From Bdellovibrionales bacterium (lineage in GTDB: Bacteria; Bdellovibrionota; Bdellovibrionia; Bdellovibrionales; UBA1609): 61,641 bases of DNA. The stretch is from positions 1 to 61,641 of the forward strand of contig JAWLHR010000020.1 of the NCBI GenBank assembly GCA_041690295.1. The letters are read 5' to 3'. Positions within the stretch are counted from its first letter, which is position 1; every line of letters starts with the position of its first letter. Below the pieces are notes generated by a model, which was given only the letters and a program-made list of their open reading frames with translations, had not been told where the DNA came from and ran no database searches. Positions 16,944 through 28,639 of the stretch are shown here, piece after piece. The position numbers and the translations under genes were made by a program.

Positions 16944-18053
16944 CTAATTCAATGATGGCGCGCTGACATGGACAAGTTGCGGAGGTTTAACCGGCGGCTT
17001 GCGAAAACATTGTTTGATATCAGGACGAAGCTCTCGATCACGCGACCGAACCGGACAGGCGCGACCCGTTCGCGCCGATTCGTTAATGGCTTCAATCACA
17101 CGAATATCCGCCAATCCTTCTTCTCCACTGGGCTCGATCGGTTTGTCATGCGCGATGCAATCCGAAAAATAAACCAGTTCCGCCGCGAACTGATCGCGCT
17201 TGGCAAATGTTTTGGTCGTTGTTTTTCCACCGAGAGTGAGTTTGTGTTTCAATTCCTCGGTGTAGCTGAACGCCGGCTCCACCCGGAGTTTTCCTTTGGT
17301 TCCGACGATTTCATAATAACTCGCTCGCGAAGCGCCGAAGCTGCTCGTAAAGTTCGCGATCATTCCGCCCGGAAATCGCATGAGAGCGGCCACCATTTCG
17401 TCGACCTCCTTGAAACGAGGATCCCGGCCGCGAACGGACATGGCCATGACCGTTTCCGGTTCCGACCGGAATATGTAACGGGCGGCGTTTATGCAGTAGA
17501 TCCCAATGTCAAATAACGGCCCTCCGCCGAGTTTCTTTTGCAGACGGATGTTTCCCTCTTTGATCTGCATGCTGTAATCCGAGGTGAAGTATCTCAACTC
17601 ACCCAATCGGCCCGACTTGGCGATTTCAATGGCCTCAAGGTTGGCGGCGTCGAAATGAAGCCGATACGCGGTCATCAATTTCACATTGTACTTTCGCGCC
17701 GACTCGATCATGGCTTCGCAATCGCGCACCGTTGTGGCCAGCGGCTTTTCGCACAATGAATGTACCCCCATCCTCGACGCGCGAATGACAAATTCCTTGT
17801 GGCGGGTGTTGGGTGTGGCGATGTAAACGGCATCCGCCGCCGCTTCATCAAGACATTGTTCGAGATCGTCATAGTTTCCAACGCATTCAACTTTATATTT
17901 TCGGCTGAGCCTTTTTAATTTTTCCGGATCCGAGGATATCAAGGCCACCAGTTCGGAATTTTCGGCGTTCTTAAATGCGGGAAGAACAGCGACCTGGGCA
18001 ATATGTCCCAAACCTATGACAGCGTAACGAATCTTAGTGGAATTCTTTCCCAT
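16944..18053 (-). CDS. Gfo/Idh/MocA family oxidoreductase (glucose-fructose oxidoreductase-like)
   Basis: IGLGHIA, YIATPN, LCEKP, AYRLHF, GGGPLFDIGIYCIN. Confidence 0.92.
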   Translation of the reverse strand: MGKNSTKIRYAVIGLGHIAQVAVLPAFKNAENSELVALISSDPEKLKRLSRKYKVECVGNYDDLEQCLDEAAADAVYIATPNTRHKEFVIRASRMGVHSLCEKPLATTVRDCEAMIESARKYNVKLMTAYRLHFDAANLEAIEIAKSGRLGELRYFTSDYSMQIKEGNIRLQKKLGGGPLFDIGIYCINAARYIFRSEPETVMAMSVRGRDPRFKEVDEMVAALMRFPGGMIANFTSSFGASRASYYEIVGTKGKLRVEPAFSYTEELKHKLTLGGKTTTKTFAKRDQFAAELVYFSDCIAHDKPIEPSGEEGLADIRVIEAINESARTGRACPVRSRDRELRPDIKQCFRKPPVKPPQLVHVSAPSLN

Positions 18054-18146
18054 GGGTTCGTCTCCTGGTCTTTGATTCTGCAAACACTGCATTAAATGAT
18101 CCATGAAGTGGACAGAATTGAACCGTCGGCAATAAGATCAACGCCA

Positions 18147-18518
18147 ATGTCATTCGAAACTTATAAGGTCTTGCACATCACGGGGATTCTGTTGATCTTC
18201 ACCGGGCTCGCCGGTCTTTGGGGCGTCAGCACTTTTTATCCCGTACAGAAGTTTCCCAGCCCGAGAATCCCGCTCGCGCTCATTCATGGAATCGGTATGA
18301 GCCTGGCTTTGGTCACAGGGTTTGGGCTCTTGGCCCGCCTGGGCTTAACTGAAAGCCCGCCCCTTTGGGTATGGCTGAAGATTTTGGTTTGGTTCAGTTT
18401 GGGGATGAGCCTTATGCTCGCGAAGCGAAGGGCTCACAAGTGGGGGGCGAAGCTGATCGTCCTTTGGGTGATACTCGGCTCGTTCGCCGCGTGGCTGGCG
18501 TTGACCAAACCGTTTTAA
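18147..18518 (+). CDS. Small four-TM membrane protein (SirB-like)
   Basis: YKVLH...HG....LVTGFG...W.WLK pattern with four hydrophobic helices. Confidence 0.7.
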   Translation: MSFETYKVLHITGILLIFTGLAGLWGVSTFYPVQKFPSPRIPLALIHGIGMSLALVTGFGLLARLGLTESPPLWVWLKILVWFSLGMSLMLAKRRAHKWGAKLIVLWVILGSFAAWLALTKPF

Positions 18519-19045
18519 AACGGCGTGTCGCCGATGTAGACCCGTTCGTTCTCGTTTTTCGGCGGATTGAACGTGGGTCCGTTGATTTCTTCAAAATTGT
18601 TCAGTGAATCTTGAAACGCATCGGCGGCCATTTTCCGCGAGCGAATCTTATTCATGTGAGTGACGTAAATACCACGACGGGAATCAATCTCGATGACTTT
18701 GCTGATCAAGGTGCCGTATTGCGCGAGTTTTTCTTTAGCCGCTTGTCGTTCCTCCAATGAGAGGCGGCGCCAATTATAGTTCTGGCCCAGCTTTTCCGGC
18801 TCGATTTTTTGGGTTCCGCTTTTTAACGGGTAATCCAAGATGATGATTCGAAACTCTTGCGAAAGTTCCTGGCGAATGGTTTCGGATTTGGTTAACGCCT
18901 CGGTGCCCTCTTTCAGCGCCGCTTGCGCCCGCTCCCGCCGGGCGGCCTCTTCCAATTCGCGATCATTCTTATTCGTGCAACCCGCCGCTAAAGCCAAAGT
19001 GGCTAGGATTGCGACAGAAGTGACAAAAATGCGCCGTAAAAGCAT
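18515..19045 (-). CDS. Hypothetical lipoprotein
   Basis: LAAGC lipobox, helical coiled-coil content, GAGG RBS. Confidence 0.72.
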   Translation of the reverse strand: MLLRRIFVTSVAILATLALAAGCTNKNDRELEEAARRERAQAALKEGTEALTKSETIRQELSQEFRIIILDYPLKSGTQKIEPEKLGQNYNWRRLSLEERQAAKEKLAQYGTLISKVIEIDSRRGIYVTHMNKIRSRKMAADAFQDSLNNFEEINGPTFNPPKNENERVYIGDTPF

Positions 19046-19281
19046 GAATTACCTCATTCTGATCTCTCAACACGGTAATTTAGCAAAAGTCCGGCCTAGA
19101 GTGTCTTTAAATAGGTAGGGAACCGCATCCGGCCACGCTGCGCGAAGACCGCCGCATCCGTTAAATCTAAACGAAATTTTTTTATACGCTCCGATGAGTC
19201 AGGACTTGACCTCAAAAACCCGGAATTCGGGAAAGCGAAAAAATTGGGCACATGAAGGGGTTGAGGATAGATTGAAGGACC

Positions 19282-20130
19282 ATGTGCGAGCGAATGTGTT
19301 TTAGCGGTTGCTGTCGGGTGCTGGGTCTAATCACTATTTTTCTGATCGCCCTACCCGTTTCCGCGAACATTCAACGTCAACACGAACTTGAAAAATCCCG
19401 TGGCCTCACGTTGAACTCTTTGGATTGCGAATATTTACTGCATAACCATAATGAATTCGAACGACCGCCGATGGACGGCCTTAACGGATTCGTCACCAAC
19501 CGCGTGCTGGTGACGCCAGAGGCGTTGCTGGGCGCCTATTCGCGAGGCGTGTTTCCTTGGGGTGCCGACGAATTGGGATATGGACGGTGGCATCGTCCAC
19601 CCTTGAGAGGCGTTCTCTTTTTCAATGAATTGTCCATCAGCCGGTCGGATCGAAAATTTCTGCGAAAACAGTTTGAGTCCGGCGAACTTCGCGTGACCTT
19701 TGATCAGGCGTTCGAACAGGTCATTGAACTTTGTTCGACGGTTCCCCGAACCCGTTATGATCCGGTGAGCGATCGGAAAGTGCCGGAATCCACCTGGATC
19801 ACCGATCAAATCAAAAAAGCTTACACCGCTTTACACCGGCAAGGATTGGCCCATAGTGTGGAAGTCTGGCGCGGCGATCGTTTGGTGGGCGGACTTTACG
19901 GCGTGTTCATCAACGGTGTGTTCACCGGTGAGAGCATGTTTTTTCTTGAACCAAATGCCACCAAGCTCGCCTTTTATGCGTTGATCTCACGGCTCCAAGA
20001 GAACGGTCACACATTCATGGACACGCAAATGGCGATCGGTCTCGCCCGTAAGTGGGGAGCCAAATACATTCCCCGCGGTGAGTTTGAAATGTTACTGGCG
20101 AAGGCGAGGCACAAGCGTCTGGAGTTTTAA
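19282..20130 (+). CDS. aat: Leucyl/phenylalanyl-tRNA--protein transferase with N-terminal extension
   Basis: AYSRGVFPW, TWIT, AHSVEVW, LVGGLYGV, FTGESMF, DTQ; start uncertain (alternative ATG at 19471). Confidence 0.9.
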   Translation: MCERMCFSGCCRVLGLITIFLIALPVSANIQRQHELEKSRGLTLNSLDCEYLLHNHNEFERPPMDGLNGFVTNRVLVTPEALLGAYSRGVFPWGADELGYGRWHRPPLRGVLFFNELSISRSDRKFLRKQFESGELRVTFDQAFEQVIELCSTVPRTRYDPVSDRKVPESTWITDQIKKAYTALHRQGLAHSVEVWRGDRLVGGLYGVFINGVFTGESMFFLEPNATKLAFYALISRLQENGHTFMDTQMAIGLARKWGAKYIPRGEFEMLLAKARHKRLEF

Positions 20131-21251
20131 GAACCTTCGGGCGGCGGCTCGATCAAACTTCGATTGGACTTGGCCCCCAGAGCTTCGAACCTTCTCGCTT
20201 GAACCAAGACCCGGCTTTCAAGCCGCGCACGGCCTTTATCAAATTCCTCTTTGGCTTTATCGATGTGCTTTCCGACGGCGATGTAAGTGTCCACGAAATC
20301 GCAAAGCCGTTTATGAAGCTCTTGCCCCAATTCCGAGATCCGCTGCGCATTTTCAGCCATGCGCTGTTCGCTCCAGCCGTAGCGAATCACTTTGAGCAGT
20401 CCGATTAAAGTGGGCGGCGTCGCAATTAAAACTTTTTTCTGAAGCGCGAATTCCACGATGTCCGGCTCCGCTTCCAGCGCGGCATAGAGGAAGCTTTCAT
20501 TGGGCAAAAACAACACCGTAAAATCGGCGCTTTCCTTGATCACTTGAGAGTAAGCGCGAGTGGAGAGTTTCTTAACATGTTCTTTGACATGCTTACCATG
20601 GCGGAGCATCTCCGCCCGCCGTTCCTCTTCGCTCACGGCCTCCAGCGAATTTAAAAACGCATCGATCGGCGTTTTCGCATCAACCACCACGCAACGGCCG
20701 CCCGGCATGCGGACGATCATGTCAGGAATGTGGCGCCCGCCCTCCTCGTCGGATTGAAAATCCTGAAAGACCACATCGGCGTGCTCCGACATCCCCGCGA
20801 GTTCAATGCAATTGCGAAGCTGCACTTCACCCCACCGGCCGCGCACATGCGGTTTCTTTAACGCGTCTTTCAAGGCTCCGGTCTCGCGGGCGAGAAGAAC
20901 TTGGCCCTCGATCACTTTTTTCAATTCACTATCGAGCATCTGAAAGGAGCGAACCCGGTCTTTCTCAAGCAACGACAGTTGCTGTTGATACTGAGCGAGA
21001 GCCTCGTTCATCGGCTTAAAGGTGCTTTGAGCCAGGGTCAGGAGCTGTCCCATGGACGATTCGAGCGCGGTGGCCGCGAGCCCCTTGAAGGTTTCATTCA
21101 TCTGCTCGCGGGTGGCTTGCTGGGATCTGAGGAGCTCGGTCTCTTTTTGTTCTACGGCCAGTAAGCGCAGGGCCTTTTCCCTGGATGTCCATAGGTAACC
21201 GGAAAGCAAAATCAAACCGAAGACGGCGATAGACAGGATAGCGATCAACAT
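20127..21251 (-). CDS. rmuC: DNA recombination protein RmuC
   Basis: N-terminal TM plus coiled coil, RGRWGEVQL, PDMIVRMPG, VDAKTP, LFLPNE, ATPPTL. Confidence 0.93.
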   Translation of the reverse strand: MLIAILSIAVFGLILLSGYLWTSREKALRLLAVEQKETELLRSQQATREQMNETFKGLAATALESSMGQLLTLAQSTFKPMNEALAQYQQQLSLLEKDRVRSFQMLDSELKKVIEGQVLLARETGALKDALKKPHVRGRWGEVQLRNCIELAGMSEHADVVFQDFQSDEEGGRHIPDMIVRMPGGRCVVVDAKTPIDAFLNSLEAVSEEERRAEMLRHGKHVKEHVKKLSTRAYSQVIKESADFTVLFLPNESFLYAALEAEPDIVEFALQKKVLIATPPTLIGLLKVIRYGWSEQRMAENAQRISELGQELHKRLCDFVDTYIAVGKHIDKAKEEFDKGRARLESRVLVQARRFEALGAKSNRSLIEPPPEGS

Positions 21252-21393
21252 CGACTCAACCTAGAGGGCTTGCGAAATTTTTGCAAGGTTTGGGCGCCGA
21301 AAATGGGCGCGGATTTTCGATGAAATCCAATGAGTTGGCCCGTTTGCCTGGCACACACTTTGGATCTAGGCGGGGCAGGAGGAAGGGTCAGCC

Positions 21394-21879
21394 ATGATGA
21401 TCGTTTCCATTTTGTCAGCCATTCTGCTTTCGCTGACCGGTTTCGCCCAACCGGCGGAAGTCTCCGAAGACCATGCGCCCCCCTACACATTCGCCGTCTG
21501 GAAAGACCAGCAGGTCGAAGTCGCCACCAACGGGCTGTTTAAAGCCACCGCCCGGATGAATCAGCTTAAAGCCGGTAAACTTCCTTTAACCAAGGATACG
21601 GCGGGAAAGGACCCGCTTGAGCTGGCGGAAAAGGAATTACGGCGAGCCAAAGAAAGTCTTGAAACCGCCCACAAGTTGCAGATGATTGATTATGTAAACA
21701 TTTATTTACCATCTCTCGAAGCCGACCCCGAAAATGTGCAGAAGTTGGTGGATAAGTGGAGTAAAGAGGAGTTAAGCGAGGTCGCGAAACTCCTTCTCCT
21801 CAAGGGGAACACGACTGACGCGCGGCGTAATCCACCTGTGGTGAGCGGGCTTCCTCGGTTCGCTCCTTCACGTAACTAA
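21394..21879 (+). CDS. Hypothetical secreted helical protein
   Basis: Signal peptide ending GFA, AGGAGG upstream; imperfect sigma54-like TGGCAC-N5-TTGG at about 21349. Confidence 0.7.
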   Translation: MMIVSILSAILLSLTGFAQPAEVSEDHAPPYTFAVWKDQQVEVATNGLFKATARMNQLKAGKLPLTKDTAGKDPLELAEKELRRAKESLETAHKLQMIDYVNIYLPSLEADPENVQKLVDKWSKEELSEVAKLLLLKGNTTDARRNPPVVSGLPRFAPSRN

Positions 21880-21895
21880 ATTTTTTTGGCCTCCG

Positions 21896-21925
21896 CCTTG
21901 ACACCCGTTCAGCGCCGTCCATATT
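21896..21925 (+). promoter_or_regulatory. Putative heat-shock (RpoH-like) or sigma70 promoter of groESL
   Basis: CCTTGACA ... GTCCATAT resembles the CTTGAA/CCCCATnT sigma32 consensus. Confidence 0.45.
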
Positions 21926-21989
21926 GGCGATGATCATTGTCCATTTAATTGGGTTATTTTGCCTATTTTTGTCGACAGGAGGTATTTTT

Positions 21990-22292
21990 ATGGCAAGAGC
22001 AGAGATTGGAGTACGTCCTCTGCACGATCGTGTTCTGGTTCGCCGCATGCCGGAAGAAGAAAAAACAGCCGGCGGGATCATCATCCCTGACACCGCAAAA
22101 GAAAAGCCCCAGCGTGGAGAAATCGTGGCCACCGGTAAGGGCCGTGTTTCTGAAGACGGAAAAGTCACTCCGTTGGACGTGAAAGTGGGCGACAAAGTGC
22201 TCTTTGGCAAATACGCCGGCACCGAGCTTAAGCTCAACGGCGACGAGTACTTGATGATGCGCGAAGAAGATATTCTCGGAATCATGAACTAA
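21990..22292 (+). CDS. groES: Co-chaperonin GroES
   Basis: [39 protein letters not shown]. Confidence 0.98.
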   Translation: MARAEIGVRPLHDRVLVRRMPEEEKTAGGIIIPDTAKEKPQRGEIVATGKGRVSEDGKVTPLDVKVGDKVLFGKYAGTELKLNGDEYLMMREEDILGIMN

Positions 22293-22303
22293 GAAAGAGG
22301 TAA

Positions 22304-23950
<1,647 letters not shown>

Positions 23951-24011
23951 TTCCGAGTTAGGAACCGGGGCGGGCGCCCAAGGCGTCCTTCGCGGCGAAC
24001 TCGTTAAAGAT

Positions 24012-24044
24012 AAAAACCCGAACCTCGTGTTCGGGTTTTTTTTT
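24012..24044. terminator. Intrinsic terminator after groEL (probably bidirectional)
   Basis: aaaaacccgaac-ctcgt-gttcgggttttt followed by a T run. Confidence 0.88.
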
Positions 24045-24056
24045 ATTTATGTGATC

Positions 24057-24905
24057 TTAGGTGCTGGTCCAGTTGGGCATCGATGATTGAAACCGCGATG
24101 TGGGACAGAAGGTGCTTTTGCAAGTTGGTGACTTGTCGTTGCGTGATTCAAGTTTGGGAAGTTTTTTGGATTTAACCTTGCCTTTACCCTTGGCGATATT
24201 CTCGGTGCTGATCGAGGAATCGAGTTTGCGATAAAAACCCTGATAGTTCCGTAAAACCTTGCTGGGATAAACCACGGGTTCGATGTTGGCCGCGGTAAGC
24301 TTGCGCACATTCGCCGGACCCATATTGTAGGCGGCGATATAGCGTGAGCCATAACCGTTAAAAGCGCGGCGCAAGGAGGCGAAATAAGTGGCGCCGAGGC
24401 GGATGTTGGTCGCGGGATCTTCCAAATCGATGTGATTGGGCTCCATGCCGGCTTGAGCGGCGATCCAGCGAGCGGTTTGCGGCATAATCTGCATCAATCC
24501 CACTTCACCATGACGGCCGCGGGCCTTCACACGGAAGCTGCTCTCAGTTTTGATCACGGCGAGAAGGAAAAACGGATCCATCATGTGGTGATTGGCTTCG
24601 ATAATAACGGCGCGAGCGATTTCAAAAGCCCGGTTTTTGTATTGTTTCGGGATTTCAGCTTTAACGGTCGCTAAAACCTGTTTAGCGATTTCTTTTTGGT
24701 GGGCACTGGTCGCGTCAGCCGCGGGACCACGAGTCACCGACAGCTCTAGCGCTTGGGCCTGAAGGCCCAAAACATTCACCTTAGGCAACTCCGTGGGGGC
24801 GCTTGCGGTCTTGAGAGGAGCGTTGGTGCGAACACCCGCGATCATCAGCAAGCCCAGGAGAACCGCCGGTAAGGATTGAATGGTGTTTTCTTTTAAGATG
24901 CCCAT
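24057..24905 (-). CDS. Lytic transglycosylase (SLT domain)
   Basis: AVIKTESSF, GLMQIMP, NIRLG, AAYNMGP; N-terminal hydrophobic segment. Confidence 0.92.
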   Translation of the reverse strand: MGILKENTIQSLPAVLLGLLMIAGVRTNAPLKTASAPTELPKVNVLGLQAQALELSVTRGPAADATSAHQKEIAKQVLATVKAEIPKQYKNRAFEIARAVIIEANHHMMDPFFLLAVIKTESSFRVKARGRHGEVGLMQIMPQTARWIAAQAGMEPNHIDLEDPATNIRLGATYFASLRRAFNGYGSRYIAAYNMGPANVRKLTAANIEPVVYPSKVLRNYQGFYRKLDSSISTENIAKGKGKVKSKKLPKLESRNDKSPTCKSTFCPTSRFQSSMPNWTST

Positions 24906-24917
24906 GCTGGTCTATAG

Positions 24918-24933
24918 AGCAAGGGAGCGACCA
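24918..24933 (-). promoter_or_regulatory. Putative sigma54 promoter of the SLT gene
   Basis: TGGTCGCTCCCTTGCT (GG-N10-GC). Confidence 0.5.
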
Positions 24934-25085
24934 ATAGGTAAGTCTTGGAAATTATTCGGTTATTATAATAAGACACTGGTTTATTGGAGCTGGTCTGACT
25001 AGAGGAATGACAATTGTCTAGGAATTCCTATACGTCTCGAAGAGGGAGTGTCTCAAAGTGAGACAAATTCATTTTTTGAGACGGG

Positions 25086-26714
25086 TCAGAACATGAAAAT
25101 AACGCCGCCCAGGAGCGTGGTATGGCGGTGGCTGGCGCTGGTCGCGGGATTGTGATTGCCGCCTAAACCTGAGAAATTCGCCGAGAACATCTCGAATTCC
25201 AGATCCACCTGAATCTTGAGCCGTTCGCCGATGCGTTTGAATCCGAAAATCCCGAATTGAGTCACGCTTCCTTCGCTACTATCGCCCGAAGGATGGGGTG
25301 ATTCTTTGATTCCCGGCTTCCATGCCATCGAAAAATTCCCACCCACGCCGTAGGCGCCTCGCACTCCGATTGGACTTGAACCGCGAACACCGAATTTAAA
25401 GCCGGTGAATTGAATCGTGGTGAATACCGTGGGCGTGGAATCGTCCACGAACAACCGGTAATAAAAATACCCCATATACGGCTCAAGATGGGGCGACCAG
25501 ATGTAAGGCCCGAAACGAAAACTGTAACCGATTCCCGCTTCATAGTAAGAAAGCGACTGGTTCAATTCCGTCGGCGCGGAACCGGAAACCGGATTATCCA
25601 CGGGAATGATGGCTTGGCGGAGTTTGGCGTGAAACGTCCACTCTTGGGTCAACCACAGCTCACCGATCAGATTCACGCTGGGTACGAAATTGTTGGTGGC
25701 TTCAGGCGATCCCACACCGACGGCCTCCCGGTTTCCACTGAAACGGCCCAAGCCCAACTGGCCGCCGACAAGCCCGAATGTGGGTGGTGCCGTGGGTTTC
25801 CAGGGTTTGGCGTCTTTGCCAAAAACAAGCGCGCTGTCGTCTCGCTGAGTGAGTTCCTCCTCGGGGCTGGGAATCAAAGACAATCCGGCGTTCGCGTCAT
25901 AAGTCACAAAATCAATCGATCCGATTTTGGAATTTTTCTGAATCGCGCCGCGCTCTTTTTCGCTAACGACGATACCGAAGCTGAGGGTGTCGTCGACTTT
26001 GAGAAGTTTTATTTTTCCAAAGATTTCTTTTTCGGTTTTGATTAAGAAGTTAAATTTCGGGTGCCGTTGTGCCTGAATGATCTGAACGACACTCAGCATT
26101 TGATTCGGATTCAGACCGTCCTTTTTACCCAGATTGACCGTGACTCGCTGGCCCTCACGGCTGAGCACCCGACCCGAATAAGGCAATCGGGCAACGATTT
26201 CGGTGAGCAACTTTTCTATTTGTGAAGTCAAAGATTCAATGTCGAACTGCTTGAAATCTTTGAGGACCGCTTGAGATAAGAGCTTTCCATCTTTGGTTAA
26301 AAACAAGGACAGATGAATGATTATTCCTTTGGGACCTTTTGAAATACGCGCGGCAAAGGCGGCATCCACGCCGAGCCCTTGCGTGGCTTGAATGGTTTTT
26401 TCCGGCGAAGCTTCCAGTTCTTCCGGCGCCAGAATCGGTCCCGTTGGAGTGGCCGGAATGTAGTTCCAGCGATGCATTTTTTGAACGAGCTGAATGAAAT
26501 GCGCTTCCAGCGGTCGCGCGTAAATGCCTTGAAGATTATCGGTGAACGGAAGAACCGTGATCTTTTCGATAGTCAAAAGGTCATCGACTTCGCTTCGAAA
26601 TGAGGCTCGAACCGGATTTGATGACTCCTGGCCAAAGGTCCTGTTTCCGAGCGAGACCATCGCGATGGCGATGAGAGTCAAAAAGCTAAAACGTAAAACA
26701 TTTTGGCAACCCAA
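25086..26714 (-). CDS. Exported protein with a probable C-terminal outer-membrane beta-barrel
   Basis: Signal-like N-terminus, alpha/beta and FlgT-like middle (VTVNLGKKDGL), amphipathic strands, terminal Phe. Confidence 0.7.
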   Translation of the reverse strand: MGCQNVLRFSFLTLIAIAMVSLGNRTFGQESSNPVRASFRSEVDDLLTIEKITVLPFTDNLQGIYARPLEAHFIQLVQKMHRWNYIPATPTGPILAPEELEASPEKTIQATQGLGVDAAFAARISKGPKGIIIHLSLFLTKDGKLLSQAVLKDFKQFDIESLTSQIEKLLTEIVARLPYSGRVLSREGQRVTVNLGKKDGLNPNQMLSVVQIIQAQRHPKFNFLIKTEKEIFGKIKLLKVDDTLSFGIVVSEKERGAIQKNSKIGSIDFVTYDANAGLSLIPSPEEELTQRDDSALVFGKDAKPWKPTAPPTFGLVGGQLGLGRFSGNREAVGVGSPEATNNFVPSVNLIGELWLTQEWTFHAKLRQAIIPVDNPVSGSAPTELNQSLSYYEAGIGYSFRFGPYIWSPHLEPYMGYFYYRLFVDDSTPTVFTTIQFTGFKFGVRGSSPIGVRGAYGVGGNFSMAWKPGIKESPHPSGDSSEGSVTQFGIFGFKRIGERLKIQVDLEFEMFSANFSGLGGNHNPATSASHRHTTLLGGVIFMF

Positions 26715-26815
26715 TGGAGAATTCCCCTCAGTTCAGTGTATGCGCCTTAGCAATGAGGTCAAGTCAGCGAATCTCCGTTAAGTCCGTCCGGTCAAAAGCC
26801 GAATAGCCTTTCGTC

Positions 26816-27934
26816 ATGGTTCGATGGTTACTGTTCTTTAGTCTAATGGCTCCGGCGATGGTGAACGCGCAAAGTGACTCCACGTCGACCATTTTATTGA
26901 AGCGCGGGGGCACTGCGCCCAAGGCGCCGAAACTGGACAGTTCACGCTATCGGGTCCGCCAACCGGAATCACGCAAAACCGATCCGGATGACCTCGAGGA
27001 AAAACCAGGAACCTACATTCCTTCGCCGGTTCCACCGCGAAAAAACGCGCAACCGGTGACACCTTTGCCGGCTCCCGTGCCGGTCACTTCAGCGCCGGCG
27101 GAGACAACTCAACCCAAACCTGAAACCAAACCGCAAACGCCGGTCACCGTGCAAGTTAAGGAACTGATTCTGGGTGGATCCAACGAAGAAATCGACCAGT
27201 TCAAAAAGACCATTCATCCCGAAGATCCCCGCGCCAATGTCATAACGATCAGCATGGCGCCGGCTTACTATTATAACGATTCGCGCTCGGATTATTCATT
27301 TCGCCGGTATCATTCCAACGGCCTTGGGATCGGTTTGGGAATGAACGTTTGGATCACGCCGTTCTTTGGATTGCAATCCAAGTTTTTCTCAAGCGTATCC
27401 GCGAGCCAGAGAAGCGGTGGCGTGAATTCCGTGCCCGTCGACATTCAAGCGTTCGAAGCCGGAGTTCGCTTCAGAAAATACTTCGGCGTCAGTTTGAAAG
27501 CTCCGCACCTGCGATGGGGTCTCGATTATCACGATTCCATGAATAAAATCTCCAAAGCATCAACCACCTCGATCGGCAGAAAATCCTCGGGCCTCAGCTT
27601 GGTTCTCGAGGGTGAAATGCCTTCGAGCAACACTTACGCTCACACTTTTCAATTGGATGTCAGGCCCCGCTTGAAACATTCGGAGATGACCACCGGCGTG
27701 GAAGCGCGCACCGGAACTAAAAATGAAACCAATGCCATCGGCCTGTCCGTCGGCGGACAATGGACCATGGATCGAAGCAATCAAGTCTTTTGGCGCGGAC
27801 AATATCTGATTGAAAAGAATCTTTTCGATGGACCCGCGACACTCAAAGATCCACACACGGATCAAACACCGTCAGGCGTGAGCGTCAACAACACCCTGGT
27901 GATTTTTTACTTCGGATTCAAGTGGGGATCTTGA
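26816..27934 (+). CDS. Putative outer-membrane beta-barrel protein with Pro-rich N-terminal linker
   Basis: Signal peptide ending VNA, Pro/Thr-rich linker, aromatic strands, ends FYFGFKWGS. Confidence 0.7.
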   Translation: MVRWLLFFSLMAPAMVNAQSDSTSTILLKRGGTAPKAPKLDSSRYRVRQPESRKTDPDDLEEKPGTYIPSPVPPRKNAQPVTPLPAPVPVTSAPAETTQPKPETKPQTPVTVQVKELILGGSNEEIDQFKKTIHPEDPRANVITISMAPAYYYNDSRSDYSFRRYHSNGLGIGLGMNVWITPFFGLQSKFFSSVSASQRSGGVNSVPVDIQAFEAGVRFRKYFGVSLKAPHLRWGLDYHDSMNKISKASTTSIGRKSSGLSLVLEGEMPSSNTYAHTFQLDVRPRLKHSEMTTGVEARTGTKNETNAIGLSVGGQWTMDRSNQVFWRGQYLIEKNLFDGPATLKDPHTDQTPSGVSVNNTLVIFYFGFKWGS

Positions 27935-28587
27935 GCGGGGGCTTGCGCCATATGGTGAATCAAACGCTGCGCCCTTCGGCGTTTGCGCTGGCGCCGGTAA
28001 ATCATGTAACCGGCGAGTAAGATCGCGACCGCCAAGAAAAGCCAAAGCTGCACTTTTTTCGCGACCAAGAGAGCATCGTCCAGACTTTCCCCCACCCAAT
28101 GACCGATGTAAACCCAAACGGGAACGCTGATTAACGCCGCGAAGCCATCCAAGCCATAAAAGACAATCGGGCGAACGCCCATGATTCCCGACATTAGAAA
28201 AATCGGCGCGCGAAGACCGGGCAAAAACCGAGCGGTGAAACAAATGAAATAGGAATTTCGCATGATCTTACGCTCAGCGATCGCAATTCGTCGTGGAGTC
28301 ATCACGCGACGGATGATTGGGAGATTAAAAGCCCGGCGGCCGTAAACCCGACCAATCGTGAACAAAAACGCATCTCCCGCCAATACGCCAAAAAATCCCG
28401 CCAACATGGCTCCAGGCAATGAAATCGAACCCAAGGCGGACAAAATACCGGCCGCGATCAGAGTGATGTCTTCGGGGAGAGGTACACCCAGACCACAGAT
28501 CAATAGCAACCCGACGATGGCAGAGTACGCCGTAAAGCCGTGAAGCTGGGACAGGCTTAAAATCAACGTTTCTTTGATCGAAGTCAT
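27907..28587 (-). CDS. dedA: DedA family membrane protein
   Basis: GVPLPEDITL, GDAFLF..GR.YG, ARFLPGLR. Confidence 0.92.
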   Translation of the reverse strand: MTSIKETLILSLSQLHGFTAYSAIVGLLLICGLGVPLPEDITLIAAGILSALGSISLPGAMLAGFFGVLAGDAFLFTIGRVYGRRAFNLPIIRRVMTPRRIAIAERKIMRNSYFICFTARFLPGLRAPIFLMSGIMGVRPIVFYGLDGFAALISVPVWVYIGHWVGESLDDALLVAKKVQLWLFLAVAILLAGYMIYRRQRKRRRAQRLIHHMAQAPAQDPHLNPK

Positions 28588-28639
28588 TCGCGCTCAGAAA
28601 CCCTTTGGGACTCGAGATGCATCGAACTATAATATCTCC

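Noticed and set aside
19120..19250. Possible hammerhead ribozyme or riboswitch upstream of aat (CCGATGAG...CGAAA, repeated ccgcatccg)
   Set aside because: Core is CCGATGA rather than CTGATGA, and I could not build the three required stems.
21880..21990. CIRCE/HrcA operator upstream of groES
   Set aside because: No TTAGCACTC-N9-GAGTGCTAA match seen.
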